DNA of 64,000 nt from Eledone cirrhosa (taxonomy: Eukaryota). Of this stretch, positions 56,440-64,000 are shown one piece after another. The notes below the pieces were generated by a model. It saw nothing but the letters and a program-made list of their open reading frames with translations. It searched no databases and was not told the origin of the DNA. The stretch is from contig OZ024741.1 of NCBI GenBank assembly GCA_964016885.1, positions 170,686,001 through 170,750,000 of the forward strand. The letters are read 5' to 3'. The position numbers were made by a program, and so were the translations under genes. Each line of letters opens with the position of its first letter. Positions within the stretch are counted from its first letter, which is position 1.

Positions 56440-56681
56440 CCTGTGTCAGTGTTGAACAAAAAGGTGACGTGGTTGCCTTAACACCGTATGGCATAAATTC
56501 AGGCTGTTCAGTTTGTTTACAAACGAACAAAGCGACGTTATAATAAGCGTCGCTAAACTGATACGTGCATATATGTATGTGTACCTGTATGCATATGTAT
56601 GTATATATGTATATATATATATATATATGTGCATGCTACTGTACGTCTGTATACATATATGTATGTACGTATACATGCATA

Positions 56682-56743
<62 letters not shown>

Positions 56744-56996
56744 TATATATATATATATACATATATATACATATATACATATATATACATATATATATAT
56801 ACATATATATATAAACAAGTAGTGCACATCAACAGGTTACACTTCATTTGTTCATATTTGCTGTTATATATATTTCGGTGATAACCATTATGCAACATCT
56901 ATGACCTCGTCGCAAAGCTAGAATTTGAACAGAAAAAAACAGAAAATCATAATAATGGAATAAGGTTTACTTCTATTTTTCTATTCAAATTCTAGA

Positions 56997-57052
56997 TGTC
57001 TGATGAGATCACAGGTTGTTGCATAATGGTTATCACCGAAATATATATAATA
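56997..57052 (+). ncRNA. Hammerhead (H5-related) within old foldback 56813-57190
   Basis: tgt CTGATGA gatcacagg...ttatcacc GAA ATATATAT A ata; ACTC/GAGT 57102-57141. Confidence 0.7.
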
Positions 57053-57187
57053 GCGAACATGAATAAAAGAAGTGTTAACGAACACTTCTTTTTATTAAAT
57101 TACTCTGGAATATACAGACCCACATGCGGATGCCGTTGAGTGCTCTATCCTGCATACTCAAGTGTCGGTAATTAACCAACACATACT

Positions 57188-57229
<42 letters not shown>

Positions 57230-58499
57230 CAATTAAGAATATCTCTGTAATGGTTGTAAGAGGACAAACTTCACAGGGCCACAATTAGCCCCAGTACATG
57301 GTTTCCGTCGAACTGTGGCTAACAGATAAATTGGTACAATATGTATTACAATAAATATGTAATCATATCAGCAGAATATATCATTTGTACCAATGAAATT
57401 TCAAAGGACAGTTTATTCTACCCTTTATCGGAGGTATGATAAATAAGTATATTTTCCTCATACAACCCAACCCAATAACAAAATACAAGGATAAGCTACT
57501 GTAAAAAAAAAAAAAAAAAAAAAAAACTCTGCTACTATTTTCAGTATATATACGGAGGAAATAAACACATGTTTTAAAACATGCATTGGTGCACAATACG
57601 AATTTATTGAGTAGGTAATAAATTTCATTTGAACCTGAATTTTATCTGAACCTAAATTGCAATTATTTGTTTTCTTTTCCATCGATTTTCAGTCAAGTAA
57701 TTTTATGAAGGTATCACCTGTGAAGTTATATAAAGTATAATCTATCAAAACCCTTGAAGAAGCCAAACAAGTTGATGTAATTAGAGCTGTATTATTTGAA
57801 ACTATCTATCGTTCCTCTGTTTGTAATTTTGATATATGGTGACCGAATCAGAATGAGACTTTATACATGTTATCTGAATAGATGAATTGTTTTAGAAGGT
57901 GGATGAATATGTTATGTGACGATACGATTCCCAGTGGTTATTCAAAATATTTTAACAAATATTTTGATTAATCACGACAGAAATATACACATTATGAACG
58001 ACTATTCAAGTTGGAAACTTTAAAAGGAATTCCTATTGCGTTAACAACGTATAGTTGCAATACCTTACTGAACTAAAAATATCTAACTATAAATTACAGA
58101 CCATCGTCTATATATACAAACAGATGTGAACACCATATCTTTATATACAATATTCCCGTCGACAGAAAAAGACGAATCAGTCGGATTAATGTCAGTCCTC
58201 TGTAGGGATTTTCTTCAGCACTGAGATCCCCGCTCTATACCCTTCGCGTAGAGGCTGCTTCTGCCACCACTTTTACAAAGTGTTTAAGTAAACTAATCTA
58301 CCAAATTCCATTCAAAGCGTAATCTTGGCTACGGGGTAGATTACTAAATTATTTGTGTATTAATATTCTTTTATTTCAATGCTATACTATAGCACAGAAT
58401 ATAGCTACAAATCTCATATCGGATGGAGCAAATTTCTCTTTTCTTAATTAATTCGATAGATGTTATATCAAGAATATATGATTATTATTTCTAGCAGTT

Positions 58500-58670
58500 T
58501 GAGGATGGGGGATTGGCAATATCGGAGAATCAGGGTCCTTTATGTTGTGAGTTCAAACCCAGCCAATGTTAGCTTTGATATTTCAATTTTACGGGGTCGA
58601 TAAAATAATGTGCGATTAAATCGACTCCCCCCTTAATTGCTGGCCTTGTGCCTATAGTAGAAATCAATAT
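58500..58670 (+). mobile_element. Family A SINE (diverged)
   Basis: B-box gagttcaaaccc, core and tail. Confidence 0.75.
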
Positions 58671-58914
58671 TTCTAGCAGATTAAATAACCATGTAGATGT
58701 ACCATCATTGGCTTTTCAAGTCGGGTATATAATCTGTGGTTCCTCTAGCTTTGTAAATTATAGGAAGAGACCCGATGGGACATTTAATCTGCTAGAGATG
58801 TCAATCAAACGTTCTTTAAATCATATTCTAACGTTGTAGAAATGGGAAGTATACATTGGATAATATGTCCCTAGAATAACTTTCTTTAAAGCAAACGAAA
58901 GAATACGAAACAAA

Positions 58915-59117
58915 ATAATGGTTTCTGATTGAGGCACAAGGCCATCAATTTGGCGGGAAGGAGAAAGTCAATTAAATTGACTCCAGTGGTACTTTATTTA
59001 ATCGACCCTGTAAGAATAAAAGGCAAAGTTTACCTCAGCGGGATTTGAACTCAGAATGTATAGGGACACAACTCTATACTGCGAAGCATGTTGTCCGACG
59101 CTCAACCGATTCTGCCA
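58915..59117 (-). mobile_element. Family A SINE
   Basis: Core and B-box match. Confidence 0.82.
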
Positions 59118-59957
59118 AAACAAAATAATATTCGTTTAGTCATAGGCTTACATAGGCCTACAGTGTTGATCTCAAAAACAACAACCACCACTTAGTTTCA
59201 ATGCGCCAAGAAAGAACTGCTAGAAAAAGCAGCCAACCCTCACTATAACCCCACCCTATTTCTTTTTAAAAAACAGAGACATTCGCTAATGGTGACTGAG
59301 ATATGCTGAAAATAAATTCTGTAATGGTATAACTAGAAATACTTTGATCACAGCCCTGCTTGGTCAAGGTTGACCAAAGAAACATTAACTACAGGTGAGA
59401 TACATATGGTGTTCATGGGGATGATTTCACTCTGGAAATCAATTTTCCCACTATGCTTAGTTGTTCAGTATGAACCATTTATTTTGTTTAGCTAAATTCT
59501 ACTACTTTATCTGATAAACACACCGTTATCTATCAGTCATCCAGCTGTTGGTGAAGCTTAGTACAGTAATTTCATGTTAGTTTATTTTTTTAAATAGTCG
59601 ACAAACAAATGCTTATCATTAGTACCACAAATAGACAAGCTGTTTACTTGGAGTAGAAAATCAATTTATCATCTCAGAGACCGAAATAAATAAACCAATT
59701 GAAGAATCGCGACATAGAATAAATATGTAAACAAGAACATTCAAATTCATGTAATAAACAGTTGACAGTGGAGCAGCTCTTGGCTAATGATATAATCTGT
59801 GTTTGTAGAAGTCTGACAAATGTAGTTCGTTGTTTCACTAATACGCAACTTACCGATGGTTCTGCTGAAGAATTGAATAGAATTCGTAACGTTTGCATTC
59901 CTTCAACTGTTGAAATGATTATATCCATTAATACAAAACACTATTCATATACAGCTT

Positions 59958-60007
<50 letters not shown>

Positions 60008-60059
60008 GACGTAAAATAAGAAAATTATAAAAGTTAACTTACTTACTAAAATTTCACTC

Positions 60060-60655
60060 CAACTAATAGGTATGCATAGGTATGCATCTGTATATATATA
60101 TGTTGGTAGATATACAATTCTTTATAATTATCTCCAAATTATTTTGTTGAGCAAAAATTTGCCAAAACTGCTACTATAGTTCATAGTAATAGTTCGGCTA
60201 CTGTCTTCTTAACACTCCACTTCTCACTGATTAACCTCGATGTCACGTGACTGATTCTTTTGAATTTGCCACCGACCAAATAGGCAGTGATTTTTTTTCA
60301 ATGTCTTGGAATTTAGTCCTCGCTTGCTTTTTTCCATCCACTGAATTATTTTTGTATAAGTTCCCTGTGTCCACGCATCGCCTGGGAACTTAGCTGAGAA
60401 TTGACTTCCTGATGACGAAAGGTATTCTCCATGTTGTTCCATTCGGAAACCATGTTTATTCCATTTCAGAAACTAATTAGTTGGACTGAAATTTTAGTAA
60501 GTAAGTTAATTTTTATAATTTTCTTATTTTACGTCTTTCATATTATTGTTCTGAATCCCCTTGCATTGAACCACAAAGTTACTAAGACAAAACCTATATA
60601 TTTGCTAGCATAGGTATGCATCTGTATATATATGTTGGTAGATATACTAATTCTT
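60060..60655 (+). mobile_element. Family H3 unit (~530 bp) with partial terminal repeat and hammerhead at 60406-60485
   Basis: CTGATGA c-gaaagg...ccatttc-a GAA ACTAATTAGT T gga; homologous to 19166-19824 but circularly permuted. Confidence 0.82.
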
Positions 60656-60819
60656 TATATATATATAACAGAACACACTCACTGTTTGGTTGGTTTTCGC
60701 TTTTCTCTTCTGTGTCTTTTATATCGGTTAATTTAATTTATTCGGTCCTCAATGACCAACGGTCAAAAATACAGATACAATATAGACACAAACATATATA
60801 TATAGGTTATCAAAGTTAT

Positions 60820-60881
<62 letters not shown>

Positions 60882-60954
60882 TTATATAAAGTTATAACAA
60901 TATATATATATATATATAGTCTATCAAAGTATAACAATATATATATATATATAT

Positions 60955-61978
60955 TTTGAGTATATGTTTGTTGTATACCAACACCTCAGTATGCACCTGG
61001 AGCACTCGACGAAGTGCGCAGGTTGGTTTGGTTACTCTGGAGTAATGTAAAATAAATTTAAATAAAAAGTCAAATGTTTAAAATTTAGCTTCGTTTATTA
61101 CTGTTATATATATTTCAGTGACAGCCATCTTTGGCTGTGACATCTTCAGGCAGTTTGAATTAGTGTGGTATAGACAAGTAGATATGTTGTTGAGGTGTAT
61201 AATTTTGTCAATACTCTCATATGCCCAGTTCCTGGTTGGGTTGTTATTTCACTGAGGAACTGGAATAATATGAATTCAAACAAACGAATTTCAGTGTCAA
61301 AGGGCGTCTTCTCCTCTCATTGGTCAGTTATTAGAACATTCCTCATTCTAAGTGTTGTTATTGTTGGAGTTAGCTTAAACAATTGATAAAGTGGTAGAAC
61401 GGACAAGGTGTTAAAGGAACAAAATAACAAAAAAGTGTCAAACTTCCCATTGATCAGTTATGAGAGCATTCCTGAGTCAGACGTCTATAGAATTCTTTCT
61501 GGGGTGAGGCTCCCTGTAGCCTCACCCCAGAAAGAATTCTATAGACGTCTGACTGAGGAATGCTCTCATAACTGACTAATGGGAAGTTTGACAATTTTTT
61601 TGTTATTTTGTTCCTTTAACACCTTGTCCCTTCTACCACTTTATCGATTTTTTAAGCTAACTCCAACAATAACAACACTTAGAATGAGGAATGTTCTAAT
61701 AACTGACCAATGAGAGGAGAAGAGGCCCTTTGACACTGAAATTCGTTTGTTTGAATTTATATATTATTCCAGTTCCTCAGTGAAATAACAACCCAACCAG
61801 GAACTGGGCATATGAGAGTATTGACAAAATTATACACCTCAACAACATATGTACTTGTCTATACCACACTAATTCAAACTGCCTGAAGAGGTGACAGCCA
61901 AAGATGGCTGTCACTGAAATATATATAACAGTAATAAACGAAGCTAAATTTAAAACATTTGACTTTTTATTTAACTTT
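60955..61978. mobile_element. ~920-bp palindrome (family H5) with a hammerhead in each arm (61100-61154 -, 61878-61932 +)
   Basis: Centre gaggct ccctgt agcctc at ~61515; actgc CTGAAGA 11-bp stem II GAA ATATATAT A acagt; terminal hairpin 61004-61043. Confidence 0.92.
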
Positions 61979-62317
61979 ATATATATATATGTATATATAC
62001 TTATATGTATGTACATATATATATATATGTGTGTGTATATTCATATATACATATATACATATATATCTGTTTGTGTGTGTGTATAGACACATATGTGTGC
62101 GTGTGTATGTATATAATTGTATGCTGTAATATCAATGTAATATCAATAACTGAAGATGAGTGTGAGAATCCAATGCAATGTCGAATGATCTATATGGTTT
62201 ATATAGTAATCTCATTACTTAGAGTTACACTATATGATTAAGTAATACTGTTGTTAAATACATCACTAATGATGATCAGTTTGCCACATTATATGTACTG
62301 AGCACTTTCTTGTCTAT

Positions 62318-62435
<118 letters not shown>

Positions 62436-63847
62436 CTCAGTATCGGAATATTGGAGATATGAAAATCTCTGATCAACTGATATTACAAGAGACTTTCAAG
62501 GGAGAATCTCCCTCTAAGCATTTCAGTTAATAAAGGAAGAGAGGTATTATAGTGCTGTTAACAAATCCAATACTTTTTTTAACAACTTAAGAAAATGTGG
62601 TCGGAGTAGATTTTTTTCTATAAGCTAGCAACTTGGTTTTGTTAAATTCCATCTTGTTAAATTTTGTCAATGAAGCATATTCTATCTGCAGTTTGGTGGG
62701 ATTAAGTATGGTCAGATAAACGTAGAAAAAGGAAATAAATAATATGCTAATTATATGTCAAAATAGATAAGGTGAGAAGACCTGAGTTGGGAATTTTAAA
62801 TTCATATCTGTACACGAAAACTATAAATTTTAACTGAAGCTGCGAAACACTATATATATATATCTTAAATGTCTTACATATTTGTTCTTAGATTGAAGAT
62901 GATTAACAGTAGGGTGTTCCATTTTGGAAACTATTCACCAATAATTTCATGTCGATGCCAATTTCATGCCATTCTTGTACTTGATGAAATAACAAAATAT
63001 GCCGAATTATAGGTTAATTGAATAATATTCAGGGGTTCCATGCTTTCAAATTTTTTAAGTGACGAATTTTTTCCTGCCTTAAGGTATATTATCCTTTTTG
63101 TTCACTTTACAGAATTCAATGAGGAAACCACATGACAGAACGAAATGAAAATATGCAGGAGGAATATGTTCTAAATACACGTAATATTGAAGTTACATAG
63201 AGAAACACTTTTTATCGATGAAATTTATTACCAGAAATAGCCCTCGTTGTCCTCTGGGGGACATGTTGAAATGATAAGTGGAAAAATGAAATGAAAATAA
63301 GCAGAAAGAAAATGTTTTATATACACAATAATTTTGGGGTTAAAAATAGAAACACATTTTATGAATTGAATTTATAACCGGAATTGAATTGGTCTAGATC
63401 TCTCGAATCACGTGGTAAACTTAATTTTGTGTCGTTGAATTTCCTTCAAAATAACTTCAACAATTTGTTATCCGATTCAATCTCTTGAATCGGAATACCA
63501 AAGAAATCCTCCTTTCCTTTTCCTATAACTAAAACTACAATCCAATCTTCGAGTGTGCTGAATTAGGAAGCCTATGGTATTAATCCTCCATCCCAGAGGA
63601 AGAGTAGCCGGGATCTGTCTTCAGGTGGGAAAAGGGATAACTAAATTTCCCGAGCCATCTTCTCACAATGACTGGTTCTTACACGATAAACAGTTGAGGA
63701 GGGGGGGGGTCGAGAGTTTAGACACACCATAACTAAGACCATTTCAGTTGCAACGTAAGAAGTACTTCCTTATCATACCGATAGTTCGTCCCGTTCCCAT
63801 GTGGTAACAAGAGTGGCGTCGAGAGACGGCTTTATTCGTGGTGACGT

Positions 63848-64000
63848 TCAAGGTGGTGCTGACTTGAAGATTTCATCATCATCATCATTAATAGCTGATC
63901 TGGATGCCGAGCTATCAAGATCTATTTTCTCGCACATCTTGACTTCTTCATCCTTCTTTCTCTTTCTTAATTTCATATTATGAATCTTCTTTGTCTTCTT
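63848..64000 (-). CDS. Probable terminal coding exon of a host gene running off the window (KKTKKIHNMKLRKRKKDEEVKMCEKIDLDSSASRSAINDDDDEIFKSAPP*)
   Basis: 51-codon open frame to TGA; protein-like basic/acidic tail; followed by non-repetitive UTR-like sequence. Confidence 0.55.
   Translation of the reverse strand, partial: KKTKKIHNMKLRKRKKDEEVKMCEKIDLDSSASRSAINDDDDEIFKSAPP

Noticed and set aside
59674-60019. Overlapping 84-85 aa ORFs
   Set aside because: No recognisable motif; at most a 53-nt minus-strand exon candidate that cannot be supported from sequence alone

Overview
AT-rich, repeat-saturated animal genomic DNA, most likely octopus/cephalopod (inferred only from the SINE families and the microsatellite load). 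Almost all ORFs in the supplied track are microsatellite artefacts. Recognisable content: a near-complete Penelope-like retroelement (PLE; RT plus C-terminal Cys-rich GIY-YIG, resembling the Hydra clade) arranged as a 6-kb tail-out palindrome (41136-47302); a second decayed PLE (49975-51620); two RTE-type LINE fragments with inverted 5' pieces; an R4/Dong-type LINE 3' end in (TACA)n; L1/Tx1 remnants; many tRNA-derived SINEs; three minisatellites; and a probable last coding exon of a minus-strand host gene at the right edge. Main finding: the islands between (TA)n tracts are about 25-30 short non-coding insertions from about a dozen sequence families that share one design. Most carry a type I hammerhead ribozyme (17 with an intact core folded by hand, plus about 10 decayed or halved ones), then an AT-rich tract, then a covarying RYTC...GARY hairpin near the 3' end. 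They occur as foldback palindromes or as partial tandems plus an inverted arm, and the short arm usually stops just upstream of the hairpin. This suggests a PLE-driven, (TA)n-targeting retrozyme-like system with a shared cis-element. All structures were read by eye, so boundaries are approximate to a few bases.
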